Notes: generated from the letters alone by a model not told the origin. A DNA stretch of 64,000 bases from Octopus sinensis (GCF_006345805.1 NC_043007.1:58094001-58158000); one strand, 5' to 3'; shown: positions 1-15,338, counted from the stretch's first letter. Numbers and translations: made by a program.

Positions 1-761
1 AATGAAAAGTTGCATGTATGCGTGTGCGCGTGTGTGAGAATGAATGAAAGGCAGAGAGAGGCAGACAGTCAGACAGCATGAGAGGGGGAGAATGAATATA
101 ATGTATGTTTGAAATAGAATAAAATATAGCAAGAAGTGTAATAGAACAGGCAAAGGAGAAGGATTAGGTGGTGAACTGGTCGTAAATTATGCATACAGAC
201 ATAAAGTTTTCGTTTTTTATATCCTGTAGATAAATGTTATTTACATTTAAGCTTTGCTTGAAAGTAACATTTAGAGCAAAGTGTTTTCAAATTTAAGACA
301 TAAAATATTAGGCAAAAAATAATAATAATAATAAAGCGAGCAAATGTAACGATATCATTTGACTGCGAGCAAGGTCAATTATACTAGGGCGGGGGTATAC
401 TTAATTATTGAGATCTTCATAAATGGGTCATTGGCTCCCGGCAAACGGAATCTTGTTGTGCTATTATATATCATTTACTCCTTCAAACTGCAATTATATT
501 CAATAGCTTAAACAGAGCTTGGTTACCTTGAGTTGAACTAGGAGATCTTGACACACTACATGAAAATAAATCCAATCACCCATTTATCGTCAATTACCTC
601 AGAACCAGTCGTATATCGGTGAATAATGCCTTAATTTATTTCATTCACGTGAAACGAAAGCAGCTGTTTCACAACGTAAAGGCGCAGTCGATCTTACTAC
701 CTATTCATCCAGTTAGCTAACCAACCATTCACCAATGCCTTCATCCATCCGTTCATCACTA

Positions 762-866
<105 letters not shown>

Positions 867-1313
867 CCTCTTATCTTTCGATCCAGTCAGCCAATAGGAC
901 GTTGTACCATATCGCTGAACAACCATTTATAAAACTATCTCAAATTCTTGTATATATATATATATATATACCACAGTTCAATTCATGCATTTATTGAACC
1001 ATCTCTGCTGGTATATTCCCTACCAAGTTGATCATCCACTCATCCATAAATCCGATTATATATCCATATTTCCAAGTACTGAAGACAGCTAGCCATCCAT
1101 TGAGCCAACCTCAGAATCTTCAATCTCCATCGTACACCAACCACTCATTCATTCATTTGTTCATTCATTCATTCATTCATTCAAACATATTCGCCAAACC
1201 AAACAACCATGGTTGTACAACAGAAGACAAGTGATTGTTGACTTGCATTATGCTTCCCCCTTCTTTCTTACTCATTCTTAACCTGGTCGCATGTTTATGC
1301 GTTTTCTTTCTTC

Positions 1314-1385
<72 letters not shown>

Positions 1386-1613
1386 CATTATTATTCATCT
1401 CTCGTTACCTTTATCTCTGTAAGTCTGTGGGCTTCGCTCTTTATCTCGGTATGTGTACGTACCTCACTCTCTCTCCCCTTCTTTCACCCTCTTTCTCCTC
1501 CTCTCTCTCTCGCCCCTCCCCCTTCTCTCCCTCTCCCTCACATCTCTCTCTGTATGTTTGACTCTCTCTTTATTTCTACGTGTATATGTCTCTCTCTTTC
1601 TCTTTAAGCATTT

Positions 1614-2983
1614 CTTCTATTTCAGTTGTCTACTTCTTATTAAAATTTTCTCTCCAATATCAGGGAAGTTCATACACTCTGGAGCGCTGACCAAAACGAA
1701 TTACAGTACATAAATTCGCTCGTCAACATACTGTGATGTTGCGTGACCTTGTGGTTAGCTGAGTCCATCCATTAGGTCACGGTTCGATTCCTTGACCGGT
1801 TGGTACCTAGTATCCTTGAGCAAGAATCATTTCATGTTGTTCCAGTCCATTCTGCTGAAAAGGACTCTTATCAACTGTACCGTGGCACACTATAAGCATA
1901 TTAGCAGAAAAACTTCCATACACAAAATACTTAAATCCCTTGATGGCTTTGGGGTACTGAATGACCATCTACGCAGTGTTACGTTCACAACCTAGCAGGG
2001 TCAGTGTTGATATTCGTCACTCCAAAATCGACGAACTCAATTGAAACAGTCTTCATTGAAATCATTCAACCGAACATATTCTGTCCTAACAAAAGTAGAG
2101 TCTTGTATGTCGATAAAAAAAAATCCATTATGCTAGTAGTAATTGCTGTTGTTGGTTGTTGTTGATGTTGTTAAGCAACAAGACGGGTAAGGGTGATTAG
2201 GTAATGGTCTAGGGCTTAGGGGCGGGAGACCCCAGACCTTGGAAAAAACACTTTGGTGGTCTTGTTGTAGTCGAGGGCTCTTCGTTTACGCCCGACACCA
2301 CTGGGAGGTGGCCCTCGAAGTTGCTGGAAATGGAGATCTCCAGGTCCAAATTCTAGAACGGCTGTTGGTGGTGGTGGTGTCGCTGTTGCAGTTGCTGTTC
2401 GTTTGTTTGTTTGTTGAGCGAAGCGGTCTTCGTCCCATTAGTGGGAGAAGTCCGAAACGTGGTCCTTTGCTATTCGTAAGACCCGCAGAAGAGAAAGCAG
2501 GTCAACCCCCGACACCGAGAGCATAGACGGATGGATGAATGCGTATCCATGCTCGGCGGTTGCGTAGGAAGTCGGGGACAAGAAACAGGAAGAAAGAGTG
2601 AGAGAAAGTTGGAGCGAAAGAGTACAACAGGGGTCTTCGCCACTCCCTGCAGGAGCCTCGTGGAGCTTTAGGTGTTTTCGCTCAATAAACACACACAACG
2701 CCCGGTCTGGGAATCGAAACCGCGATCCTCCAACCGCGAGTCCGCTGCCCTGACCACTGGGCCATTGCGCCTCCACTGCTGTTGCTGTTGTTGCCCCGGC
2801 TGCTGTCACGCTGTTCTTGTTCGCCTTGTTTAGTTGTAATTGCAGATGTTTTTGTTCTCTTCACAACCATGTGATCTGGGTTCGATCCCACAACGTAGCC
2901 CCGTGATCAAATGTCATTTTCTATAGCCCTGAGATAACCCTCGTGTTGTGAATGAAATTGAATTGATAGAAACTGCGTGAAAG
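1614..2983 (+). repeat. Duplicated segment, copy 1 (with two extra inserts)
   Basis: Colinear, roughly 90% similar by eye to 27932-28689 outside ~2172-2360 and 2401-2776. Confidence 0.9.
2401..2776 (-). mobile_element. tRNA-derived SINE family R, different tail ending (CAAA)n
   Basis: Same head and body as 19949; flanked by an imperfect ctgttgc-type target-site duplication; absent from the duplicated copy at 28.5 kb. Confidence 0.85.
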
Positions 2984-3699
2984 CTGTCAAGTAGACCGTA
3001 CATGCAATTCAAAAGTCACAATCTTGGGAGACACTATGTTATATCGATTCTGCTTCGGAATTACTTTCAGGGTATACGTGTCTGTGGAATACTCAGCCAC
3101 TTGCACATTAATTCAAGAGAAGGTAATTCAATTGATCGATCCATCAAAACCTCATTGTCGGTGATCAACCATTATGATCTACTGTTATTTCTGTGTGAGA
3201 ACTGCTTAGTATTTACAGATGCTAATATTCTTCTTTTCTGGAACATGCCATCGTCCACCTTTAGCGGCAGTATTACTAATTGCAGATCCTGATTAACTAA
3301 AACTAGCGTCTCAATTCATACACACACATACACACAAACACACACATGTAAGCACACATCCACAAGCACACACACACATAACACACATACAACACACACA
3401 CAAGACACACTTACTCATGTATGCACACGCAAGAATACACATGTGTACACGTTATCATGCATGGAGATATTTAACCGAGTTCACAACAATTTTTTATTCA
3501 TCACGACCGAGTGAGAATGAAATCGAAATCATGTGGTTGCAAAGCGAACTTCTTAACCACACAACCATGCCTACCCCTTTCCTAAATTTCCCTACTAATT
3601 GTAGTAGCAGCAGCAGATGACTCGGAAATCCCCTCCAATAGAGACATATCAGTCCTATTTCTTTTAACGGCAAAAACAAACATTACTTTTATAAAAAAA

Positions 3700-4300
3700 T
3701 AATATCATTGCATCTGAACCTCTTAAACTTTAGCTGACGCCCGAAATTTTTAGGCTTTACTCTCACCACAATTCATTCCTACCCTAGCGAAAATGCTTCC
3801 TTAAGATAGCTAGAAATTATCTGAAAGACAAAATTTCAGCACCTGACAATTACTGAAACTCTACAAAGCTCAGCAGGGTATTTCAATTCACAAAGAGATC
3901 TTAAGCCACATCCGGAGTAAGGCCATTCAACTTATTGGCATAAAGTCAATCACAAATACGTTCCAGTTTTTTCCCCATACACGAGCTGTCTCCTTTCTTC
4001 GCTTTTTTTTTCTTCGGTCACGCTCCTTTCGCGGATTCCCATGACTGTCGTTATACAGTTCCATTATTATGAATTTTAATTGGGAGCTTGAGTTATAGTG
4101 AATCTTTCATTGGCTGGTTACACAACCACGGACGCCACCTTTATAGATGCCAAACTCCTGATAGAGTTTGGTGATCATGCCCGTTGGTCTTCAAGGATTC
4201 CTCCGCTCAGCATCAATATAAGAAGCACTGCTGGCTCAGTTGAACTCTTCCGCTACCTCTTCACAATTCGCCAAGCTGCAGTTTCATGACTTCGCTATAT
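3700..4300 (+). mobile_element. Decayed L2/CR1-group LINE 3' region
   Basis: QLLKLYKAQ..IRSKAIQLIG..TFQFFPHTRAVSFLRFF resembles the LYKAQ..HRRAVASLSLF C-terminus; 4090-4260 is homologous to 39600-39900 (-). Confidence 0.6.
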
Positions 4301-4479
4301 CCGTGTTAGTGTGGCAAACGGGTGCTATACCACCTTAAAGAACAACCCGTAACTATGCAAGGTATTGTCGTCACTCCGTGAGGTATTTTTGAGGCACTCG
4401 CTTTTCTAACGCTACTATAATGGCCACTGCATTTCAGAAATTATTTAAAACAACATTAACAACACTGCTATTGTTATAA

Positions 4480-4762
4480 TGCCTTAATAATTAGGATATT
4501 CGGCTCATGACCGTAAGGTCATGAGTTCAATTCCCGGTGACGCATTGTGTCGTTGAGCAAGACACTTTATTTCACGTTGCTCCAGTACACTTAGCTAGCA
4601 AAAATGAGTAGTACCAGTATTTCAAAGGGCCAGCCTTGTCACGCTGAATCTCCCCGAGACCTACTTTAATGGTTACACGTGTCCGTGGAGTGCTCAGCTA
4701 CTTGCACGTTAATTTCACGATCAACAAGAATCCTTTTCGTCATAACCGACGGAGTGCCAGTA
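4480..4762 (+). mobile_element. tRNA-derived SINE with CORE-like centre (family O)
   Basis: gagttcaattccc B box, ttgagcaagacactttatttcacgttgctccagt centre; the same family is inverted at 19385-19708. Confidence 0.75.
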
Positions 4763-4807
4763 GTATAGAACACTTTGTACTAAATAGAAAAACGTTTCAA
4801 CATTGAG

Positions 4808-4983
4808 AATTCGGCGGAATTTTCAACCACTCATAACTTTTTTGTCGTTTGGAATTTTCAGAAAATTTTTGCGTATTTATACGATTATTAAAGAAAATGA
4901 ACATTTTTTTTCGTCTGTGTGATAAAAAAGAAAGTTATGGGTGGTTATATAGGGTGCTTAAATCAGAATTCCGCAGAGAATTC
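4808..4983. mobile_element. MITE-like element with imperfect inverted arms
   Basis: gaattcggcggaatt..aaccactcataacttt on the left versus aaagttatgggtggtt..aattccgcagagaattc on the right. Confidence 0.45.
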
Positions 4984-5397
4984 ATATACTGAGGTTACGA
5001 TTTCACTAAACATATCTCGGCGGTCGTCAAAATAAGGATCTGGCATGTGTTAGGGAGACGCTTATAGCCTTCCCTATAAAACTTCAGACATGCGGCAAAG
5101 ACTTCACTGATATGTATTATATATATTCTGCATTCAACTCCAACCAAGATCGATTCAAATGTTCGTATCCCACATATTGAAGAAATAAATACCACGCATA
5201 TATACCATGCATTTGATTGATATGAAGGCGTGTGATGAAGTGGTTAGAGTACTCGGATCATGATATAATCATGAGCTCGATCGTTACTGGACTGAGCAGC
5301 ACTTTGTACCGTCGAGCAAGACACTTCATTTTTGTGGGTTTTTTTTTCCCCATCTGCTCAGCTGTAACGAGCATTGGTTGGTTGCTGATGCATCTCT

Positions 5398-5560
5398 AAA
5401 GGCGGCGAGCAAGCAGAATCGTTACAACATCGGCAAAATACCTCGCGTTATTTCTTTCGACTCGTTACATTCCGACTTCAAATCTAGCCAAGATTAACCT
5501 ATTTTATAAGTACCGGTTAAGTACTAGGGTCAATGTAGTCGACTGCCACTTCCCCTCAAA
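5398..5560 (+). mobile_element. SINE family M, old diverged copy
   Basis: aaggcggcgagc..gcagaatcgtta..aagtaccggtt..tactagggtcaatgtagtcgact. Confidence 0.55.
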
Positions 5561-5589
5561 TAATTTTAATCGTTACTATTATTACTGTC

Positions 5590-5760
5590 ATTATTTTTAG
5601 TTAGCCTCAGGTTTGCTCTTATTCCTGATAAGATTTATGTGGGTAGCGGGTTACTATCTGTAACCTTAGGTAACCATAGGTTTTCGGCAGTCTTTCAAGA
5701 ACCCTCCTGGTAATCCTTGCTGTCCCTAAGAGAAAAATTTCTATAGGAGCCCTACCAGGC

Positions 5761-5762
<2 letters not shown>
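5590..5762 (-). mobile_element. R4/Dong-type 3'-end fragment (family E, related to B)
   Basis: Minus strand reads ..FLLGTARITRRVLE.. then a 3' UTR sharing a stem-loop + CGCTAC motif with family B; 5' junction is the long ATT array at 5761. Confidence 0.55.
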
Positions 5763-7027
<1,265 letters not shown>

Positions 7028-7262
7028 GAAGACGGCGAGCTGGCAGAGTCGTTAAAACACCGGGTGAAATGCTTAGCTGCATTTCGTCTGTCGCTACCTT
7101 CTGAGTTCAAATTCCGCCGAGGTCAACTTTGCCTTTCATCATTTCGGGGTCGATTAAATAAGTACCAGTTACGTACTGGGGTCGATATAATCGACTTAAT
7201 CCGTTTGTCTGTCCTTGTTTGTCCCTTCTGTGTTTAGCCCCTTGTGGGCAGTAAAGAAATAG
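7028..7262 (+). mobile_element. tRNA-derived SINE family M, tail type 1
   Basis: Head ggcgagctggcaga, B-box-like gagttcaaattcc, core tttgcctttcatc..ggggtcgat..aagtaccag, tail tttgtcc..gtgtttagccccttgtgggcagtaaagaaa. Confidence 0.85.
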
Positions 7263-7266
7263 AAAT

Positions 7267-7392
7267 AGGTATTTCGTTTGTCCCTACCTTCTGAGTTCAA
7301 ATTCAAATTCCGCCGAAGTCGACTTTGCCTTTCATCCTATCCCCCTACCCCAAATTTCAGGCCTTGTGCTTATAGTAGAAAGGGTTATTATT
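7267..7392 (+). mobile_element. SINE family M, internally deleted, tail type 2a
   Basis: gagttcaaattc..gactttgcctttcatcc joined to caaatttcaggccttgtgcttatagtagaaagg. Confidence 0.75.
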
Positions 7393-7569
7393 ATCAGTAG
7401 TAATATTTTATAGGATTGAGTTAACTCCTCCAGTAGATATACAGAAGCAAATTTTTTGCTTCTGTTTCTCTGTAGATTGACAAGTTTAATTTTTGAACCT
7501 GTGGAAGGCACGCTAGATGCCGAAATATCGTTCACTTGATAACAATGGCACTCCTCTTTTTTTTTTTGC

Positions 7570-7605
<36 letters not shown>

Positions 7606-7630
7606 CATTATTATTATTATTATTATTATG

Positions 7631-7669
<39 letters not shown>

Positions 7670-7772
7670 TTATGTTTGACTTATGCGTTACATTTGTACA
7701 ATTTGGCTCCAAGTCTCACCCATTATTAATATTATTATTATTGTTGTTGCTGTTGTTGTTTTTGTTGTTGTT

Positions 7773-7963
7773 AAGGCGGCGAGCTGGCAGAATTGTTAGC
7801 ACGACGGACAAAATGCTTAACGGCATTTAGTCGGTCTTTACGTTCTGAGTTCAAATTCCACGAGGTCGATAAATTACGTACCAGTTGGTAGTGGGGTCGA
7901 TGTAATCGACTGACACCCTCCCAATAAATTTCAAGCCTTGTGCCTATAGTACAAAGGATTATT
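7773..7963 (+). mobile_element. SINE family M, tail type 2a
   Basis: Same head; tail aaatttcaagccttgtgcctatagtacaaaggattatt. Confidence 0.8.
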
Positions 7964-8261
7964 GTTATTATTAATATTGTTATTCTTATTGTTGTTGTTT
8001 GCTTTGTGGCCATCATTTTACACACCACCATCACTACCACCACTACCATCACACCGCATCTAGTTATTATTGTCTTTTGTTCATCAGCTGACTTCTTGCC
8101 AACACGCAAGACACTGCTGTATTTCTCAGACTTGAAACACCGCTGTCACTCTCATTTATTTCATATCCTCAAGATATAATTAATTGCACAAGAAAAAAAA
8201 AATAACTTCACTTTTTCCATTCCATCTCCACCCTCTATGACTCTCTTTTTTTTACGTCTCT

Positions 8262-8361
8262 NNNNNNNNNNNNNNNNNNNNNNNNNNNNNNNNNNNNNNN
8301 NNNNNNNNNNNNNNNNNNNNNNNNNNNNNNNNNNNNNNNNNNNNNNNNNNNNNNNNNNNNN
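8262..8361. other. Assembly gap (100 N)
   Basis: Run of exactly 100 n; contiguity across it is not guaranteed. Confidence 1.
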
Positions 8362-8399
8362 TTTGTAGAGAATGAACATGCGATTAAGTTTAGGACCTT

Positions 8400-8760
8400 T
8401 GGTACGTTTCCTGCTACGTCCGTGCGTTGGTATATTTTGCGCCTAAAACAGTTATTTGTGTATGTACTCTTTTAAGGTTTGTAAGAAAGTATCTTCTTTG
8501 TTTATCCCTGTTTGAACTGTGACATCCGCTGAACATAGGTAGAGTGGTAAGATCTGGAATTTTGGGGCTCTATTTTTTGCACATATGTCTATGTGTCTAC
8601 TCAGTGGACACATACTGTAGTCTAGTATTTGTTGTTGGTGAATGGTCTGTCTATTTGTTGCAGTATGCTTTGTTTGACCTATGTAATCTTCATAACATCC
8701 TTGACACTTGGTAGCGTATATTAAATTCCTTGAAGACATAAGTCTTACGTCTATTTCAAC
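8400..8760 (-). mobile_element. Penelope-like element, GIY-YIG endonuclease remnant
   Basis: ORF 8452-8739: SRNLIYATKCQGCYEDYIGQT..R..H. Confidence 0.75.
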
Positions 8761-8891
8761 ATTTTGTCTATTTCAACATTTTGAAAATCAGTCCAAAGAT
8801 TGTAACCGGTTAAATTTTTAAATATAATAAGAGAAAATATTTTAACTACTCTCAGTGCATTTCCAATTTCTATTGGAATATAAAATAGTTT

Positions 8892-8931
<40 letters not shown>

Positions 8932-9133
8932 ATATATATATAATATATTATATTATATGTATGTATGTAGTATGTATGTATGTGTATGTATGTATGTATG
9001 TATGTATGTATGTATGTATGTATGTATGCATGTATGTATGTATGTAAGTATGCATGTATAATGTATGCATGTATTCTTTTATGTTTCAGCCCTATATATA
9101 TATCTATTAAATTTGCTAATGGAAACATTTAAA

Positions 9134-9175
<42 letters not shown>

Positions 9176-10194
9176 TTATATTTTATAGATATGTGAGCAT
9201 CTTTGTGTATACATGCACACGAACACACAGAAATATATATGTATGTATGCATGTATGTATGCATAAATATATGTATGTGTATATCTATCTTTATACACCC
9301 ATACACAACACACACACACACACATACACACATACACACGCGCGCGCACTCACATACACACACACGCGCGCATTGATACACACGCGAGAGACACGCATAA
9401 ATTAAAACCGTATATATATTGAAAATAGTTTATCGAAACTCAGACAATGTATTTTCCAGAATTTGTATCAATTGAACTACTTACTTGAATATTTCATATT
9501 CTAGTTATTCCACGGAGACATACATTTTCTGACACACTCATCGTGGTACAATAAACAACGTGGCTAATCTTTTGAATTATAACTCTAGTACACCTGATGT
9601 ACTTTCATACATTTCCTGTTGAGTTAATTTAATGTTAAAACACTCTTCCAAGATTTCATGCGGTGGGATAAACTCGAGATACCATGATAAAATATGAGCG
9701 TGAGTGTGTGTCAATAATTTTGTGCTGTCTTTTAATGTTACTTATATTGGGCTTGATATCTAAAGCATAGAAAAATGTATTACAAAATGAAATTTTGACA
9801 GGGGTTTCGCGTTCGCCTAGCATCTTGTTCAACCGGTGGTGGAAGTTTCTTTTTTAATATGTATTTAGAGGAATGAAAGGAAAGCTTCATTTTAAGAAAA
9901 AGTGTGTTCGTGGGATAATTTTCAATTGTGGAATGGATATAAAGTATATTTCCTTTATAAGAATTTCATTGAGGACAGAACGAAAATTAAATACTAACAT
10001 TATTTTCCTTTTGAAAATGATCTTTTCAACTCATAAAAATACATAAATTTTTAAAATACAGTGATAAGTCAACGTAATAAATAAGAACAGGGAGGTGAAA
10101 ACATTTTTATTTAAGAAATAAAGATATCCACTGAACGCCGACAGATATACATAGTGCGATCTCAGGTACTGACAAAAGTACTTAACACTGCTGG

Positions 10195-10500
10195 TTTCCT
10201 TGCGTCATGCTCGTGCATGATGGGGTTGGGTGTCATCCCTGGCTAGAGGTCCCAGAGGCGTAATCATGCAGAGAGCCGACCAGGTCCACCAGTGCTCCTC
10301 ATCACTTGCAGTCCCTTGCATCCTCCAGAGTGACGTCGAGCCTCTGGAGATCTTTCTTAATTATGTGCAACCATCTGGTACGAGGCCTGCCACGGCGCCT
10401 CTTCCAGCCCGCAGCTGCTGCGTTAAATGAGAGTAGATCCCCGGTAGTATGAACTGGCGGGAGGCAGAGAACATGTCCGTAACAATGCATGAGGTGAATA
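10195..10500 (-). mobile_element. RTE-clade LINE 3' fragment
   Basis: YGHVLCLPP..AGWKRRRGRPRTRWL..KKDL; same family as 21335-21650. Confidence 0.75.
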
Positions 10501-10637
10501 CTTATGAAGTAATAAATAAATATATTGTTTCTTAATACATTATCATACGTCAATTCTCATTACCACTCGGGAACAATTTAAGATAAAAACAAATGACACA
10601 TTTTCCAGTTTGACAAATCTAGTCACTGTCGTTTCAT

Positions 10638-10694
10638 GACCATGGTAATACTCAACGACCATGGTAATACTCAACGACCATGGTAATATTCAAT
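10638..10694. repeat. 19-bp tandem triplication
   Basis: gaccatggtaatactcaac x2 plus gaccatggtaatattcaat. Confidence 0.9.
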
Positions 10695-11042
10695 TGTTTG
10701 TAAAATATAACAAGCCTTAGGCCATCGTATTGAGGCCATTTGGGGCAGCCTTCGACTTTTTCTATCCCGCGGCGAGAGTGGTAACCCAATATTTGTAAGT
10801 TATTATTTTTAGTTTTATTCGCTTCGAGATTTACCGTTCCAACAAGGAATTAATTTACATTCTCGAAGTTTCTAAATTCTTATGACGTCAACATCATACA
10901 AGTCTCGCTGATATGAATAAAGTTCTAAAAGGGATTTAGAAATTCAAAAGACTGCTATGGTCTAGATATAGAGCGCTTGTCATGTTTACAGGAGATGAAG
11001 GTTCGTGACCTGTGGGTTTTTTAACCGAATATTTACAAGCTA

Positions 11043-11255
11043 TAAGGCGGTGAGCTGGCAGAATCGTGAGCACGACGGGCAAAATGTTTAGCAGCATTTC
11101 ATCTGTTTTTACGTTCTGAGTTCAAATTCCGCCGCGGTCGACTTTGCTTTTCATCCTTTCAGAGTCGATAAAATAAGTACCAGTTGAACATTGCGCTCGA
11201 CGTAAGCAATTTATCTTCTTGGAAATTGCTGCTCGTCTGCCAAAATTTGAAATCA
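11043..11255 (+). mobile_element. SINE family M, tail type 2b
   Basis: Same head and core; tail gaaattgctgct..tgccaaaatttgaaatcaat. Confidence 0.8.
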
Positions 11256-11655
11256 ATATTTACAAGCTATTATTTATAGCTTTATCTGCTTCAAGATTCA
11301 CTGTTTCAAAAATTAACACTATTTGTAACAATATCTTGTGGATAATGTACGAACCTCTTGACGTCAGTAACGGCAGAGAAGATTCTGCAAAAGAGTCTAC
11401 AGTTATCGATGAAAATGTTGGTAGTATTTTTATCTACTCATTCTGTATATAATTGAAATTGCTCTCTTGGTTGAATTTTTATCAATGAAATGTTTATTCT
11501 TTTTAAAATTTCATATTGCCACAATAATACGATTCTCTAAACATGAATATTTAAATTTTTTCTCTATATAAGAATTAAAGCATTAAATGAAAACACTCGG
11601 TTAAGAAGCAGGTAAGCAAAACATGGAGTCCCTGCTTAATTAATTATAATGTGTG

Positions 11656-11690
<35 letters not shown>

Positions 11691-11893
11691 TGCGTGCGTG
11701 TGTGCCTGTGTGTGTCTATTTATATTTCTCTATATATACATATATATACATAGATGTAGTGTATGCATATATATACCAGAGTAAGCACATAAATAGTACT
11801 CGAATACCGGAGGTAGAGTAATATGCTTTATTAATAAAGCTGCAAAGACACCATAAAAATCCTGACGTCTTTGAAGCTTTATTAATAAAGTGC

Positions 11894-11985
<92 letters not shown>

Positions 11986-11993
11986 GTGTGTAT

Positions 11994-12025
<32 letters not shown>

Positions 12026-12026
<1 letters not shown>

Positions 12027-14052
12027 CATCATCATCATTGTTCGACCGTGATCGAGACAATGGAATTTACTATGCTAGACTTCACGGTCCATCATGGCAT
12101 TACGGAGGTCCTGTTGCTGGATGCCTGTATCCCTGGAGATTACATTAGGGTAGGAGAGTGTGCGCCCTCTTGCATCGTAGATGGCTTCCAGAGGAGGAGA
12201 GTAGAAATTACCTTTTTTTCAGCTTTACAACAATGTCCAGCAGACTGGGCTCTCCTACCTTTCACAAGAGATGACACAGGTGGTAGTTTCCCATATATTT
12301 ACATTTTGGTTGGATGGCGCCTCCACGAAAGATATTGAGCTCTCATAAGGAGGCGAGTGTAGGCTCCATCCAACCGCCTCTCAAGATTCTTTGATAACGT
12401 CCAGGTTTCTGAGCCATATAGTAGAATTGGTTCGACTGTGGCTTTGAAGATTTCAAGTTTGAAGTCCAGATCTTATGCATGTCATTACAGGCTGACCAGG
12501 CCATACCCTTTCTAGTTAGAAAGTCTTTTCCAGATGATGATATGTATGACCCAAGATATTTGTAATCAGAAACCATATTTAAGGGCGCATTGTTGAGAGT
12601 ATGGATGATGCAATCACTGTTGGACAGGCACTTGTTTATATATTCAGTCTTGGCCTATATATTCAGTCTTGGCATTGAGGTAAAGACCTACACAATTTGA
12701 GGCTTGTTCGAGGGATTGTAAAAGAGAGTGGGCATTGGAGAGAGAATCACTGATAAGAGCGATGTCATCAGCAAAGTCAGTGTCTGTCAAGTATTCAGCT
12801 GGGTGTCTGGAACTTCTTCTTGGTTTTATTTCAAAGCCTTTGCCAGAGATGGTATCAACTGACATACGTAGCACATAGTCAACGACAATGATGAAAAGAA
12901 ATGGGGCGCGTGTGTCTCCCTGCAGTATTCCGGCTTTGATTGAGAAAGATGATGTTTCTCCGTCAGGGGTTAAGATGGTTGAGGACGTATATGTGTAGAG
13001 GACCTTGATGGCAGAAATGATTTTGTCTGGTATCCCATAGAGCTTAAGGATTTCAAACATCTTGTACCTATTTACATAATCGAACGCTTTAGAAAAGTCT
13101 ACAAATACCATTGCAAGATCGCGATTAAATGCTTTTGATTCTTCAATAAGTCTGCGTAGGCATAGTATCTGGCTCAGCGTTGAGCGCCCATGTCTGAATC
13201 CATTTTGGTTCTTTCGGAGCAAAGGTTCAACAAAGAGGACAAGACGATTTAGAATCAGTTTGTTGTACAGTTTTGCAGCAATTGACATTAGAGATATACC
13301 CCTGTAGTTGGTGACGAGGGATAAATCGCCTTTTTGGGGTATTGGGATGATTTGAGATTGGTGCCAAATCTTTGGAGCGACAAAGGTGGAAAGTGTGTGG
13401 TTGCAAAGGTTGAGCAAAAGTGTGTGAAATCTATCATCCTTCCAAATTATAGCTGGGATGTTGTCGGGACCAAATGCTTTCGAGGCTTTTAGTTGCTTGG
13501 TGGCTGCTGTTAGTTCAAATATGGTAAAAGGGGAGGTGTTGATGTCCAGCGTGTCTGATATAGGCACACTTGGAAGAGTGGGGTTATCAGGGATTTTGGC
13601 ATCTTCCAATTTTCTAAACGCTTCTTAGCTGATTCCCCTTTAATTCTAATTGATGACCCAGAATTTTTGCCTGATAAGTCTTTGATGGATTTCCAGGCGA
13701 GATGGTGCTTTTTACTAATGTAATCTTTGGATAGTTTGCTAATTTTGCCATCGATAAAGTCGACCTCGGCGTTCAAGTAAGCCTCATCAAGATTCTTCTT
13801 GGCAGTTTTGAGTTGGATCTTCAGTGACTGGGATGGAGAACGGCAGTAAGCTAGTGATATAGACTTTAGATGGTTTCTGGCTTCGATGACATTTGGGGAA
13901 TTAGAAGGTTTGCTTTGGCCCCTACTCTTCTTTTTGGGAAGAGTAGCCAGTGCAACTCCCTCTGTTGATTTGATGAGGCTGCTGTATACTTCTTCAATGT
14001 TCTCAGCATCTATTTCAGAAGTAGACAAAAATTGAAATGTGTTATAGACCTC
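12026..14052 (-). mobile_element. RTE-clade LINE, 5'-truncated, with RT ORF
   Basis: ORF 12644-13609: NYRGISL, QNGFRHGRST, FVDFSKAFD, GILQGD..PFLF, DFADDIAL; continues as DYKYLGSYI and a C-terminal region. (TGA)n tail at ~12026; TA-rich repeats on both flanks; a ~17-bp tandem duplication near 12640-12672 breaks the frame. Confidence 0.9.
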
Positions 14053-14475
14053 ATATGTGCATATATATTCATATATGTATTTATATATATTTATACATAC
14101 ATATACATAGATATATGTATGTATGTATGTATGTACACATGTATGATTGTGCTGACACACATACACATATGTGATTTACAACTGATCAAGAGAAACATTA
14201 ACGCCATGAACTCACCAGTCTAGGAAGGCGTGTAAGAAACATGGTCACTAACCCTTCCTACAGACGCAGTAAGTAAGGAAATATGTCGATGAAGACGGGA
14301 ATAAGAAAGCAGAATAACTGATGATCAGTTGATGGAGGTTGGCAGAAAACAAGAAAACGGTGAGAGGATGAAGAACACAAGACATGGAATCAAGGGAAAT
14401 GACAAAACAATTTGTGGGTGTATATGTGTGTGCATGCGTGTAAATAGGGGTATGTATGTATGCATATATGTATGC

Positions 14476-14513
<38 letters not shown>

Positions 14514-14564
14514 GATTGTATTTATAACTGCCTCTACATTTATAAATATATGTGTATATATATA

Positions 14565-14659
<95 letters not shown>

Positions 14660-15002
14660 CATGTGTATGTTATTTGTATGTTTTTGTGTGTATGTATATG
14701 TATATATGTGTGCACATTTACACGTATGTATTTTGCCATGGGCTTATGTGTATATGTGTGTATATTGTTCATATAAGTGTGAAAATGCATACAAAAGTGT
14801 CAAATACTCAGTAATGAACTTTAACTTTTTTCATTTCTTAATAACATTGGCAATTAATTAATTAATTGGACCGTCTTTCTAATTAATATATCCCTAGCCA
14901 TCATAAGTAAACTTAACTGTTTCTTTCTCCTCATTTGAAATCTGTTCACTTAATTTCATTTCTCACGCTTTTTATTATCTGTTTATCAACACACGGACTC
15001 AT

Positions 15003-15050
<48 letters not shown>

Positions 15051-15261
15051 ACTCACGCACACACACACACTCACACAAATACACACACACCTTTATATAT
15101 ATATATACACTAAACTGTTTCAATCCTTTGAGATTTAAACTTCAGAATGAAATGAGGAATTAAATATGTTATTACACTTACATTCCCACTGTGATATGCG
15201 CCTGTATGCATATGTGTGTGTATGTACATATATACATATATAGATAGATATATACACACAT

Positions 15262-15338
<77 letters not shown>

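Noticed and set aside
2172-2360. HDV-like ribozyme in the GC-rich insert (minus strand: P2 tcgagggc/gccctcga, P3 acc/ggt, loop tcccagt, cgaa before P2)
   Set aside because: No upstream strand complementary to the would-be P1 (gtcgggc) and essentially no P4; incomplete fold.
7441-7540. 11-bp hairpin, strong-looking acceptor (tttctctgtag) and short frame LTSLIFEPVEGTLDAEISFT*
   Set aside because: All frames stop within ~65 nt; no partner exon or homology; chance-level in T-rich DNA.
8385-8440. Minus-strand GAAAcgtac near the Penelope remnant as a hammerhead
   Set aside because: CUGANGA core absent.
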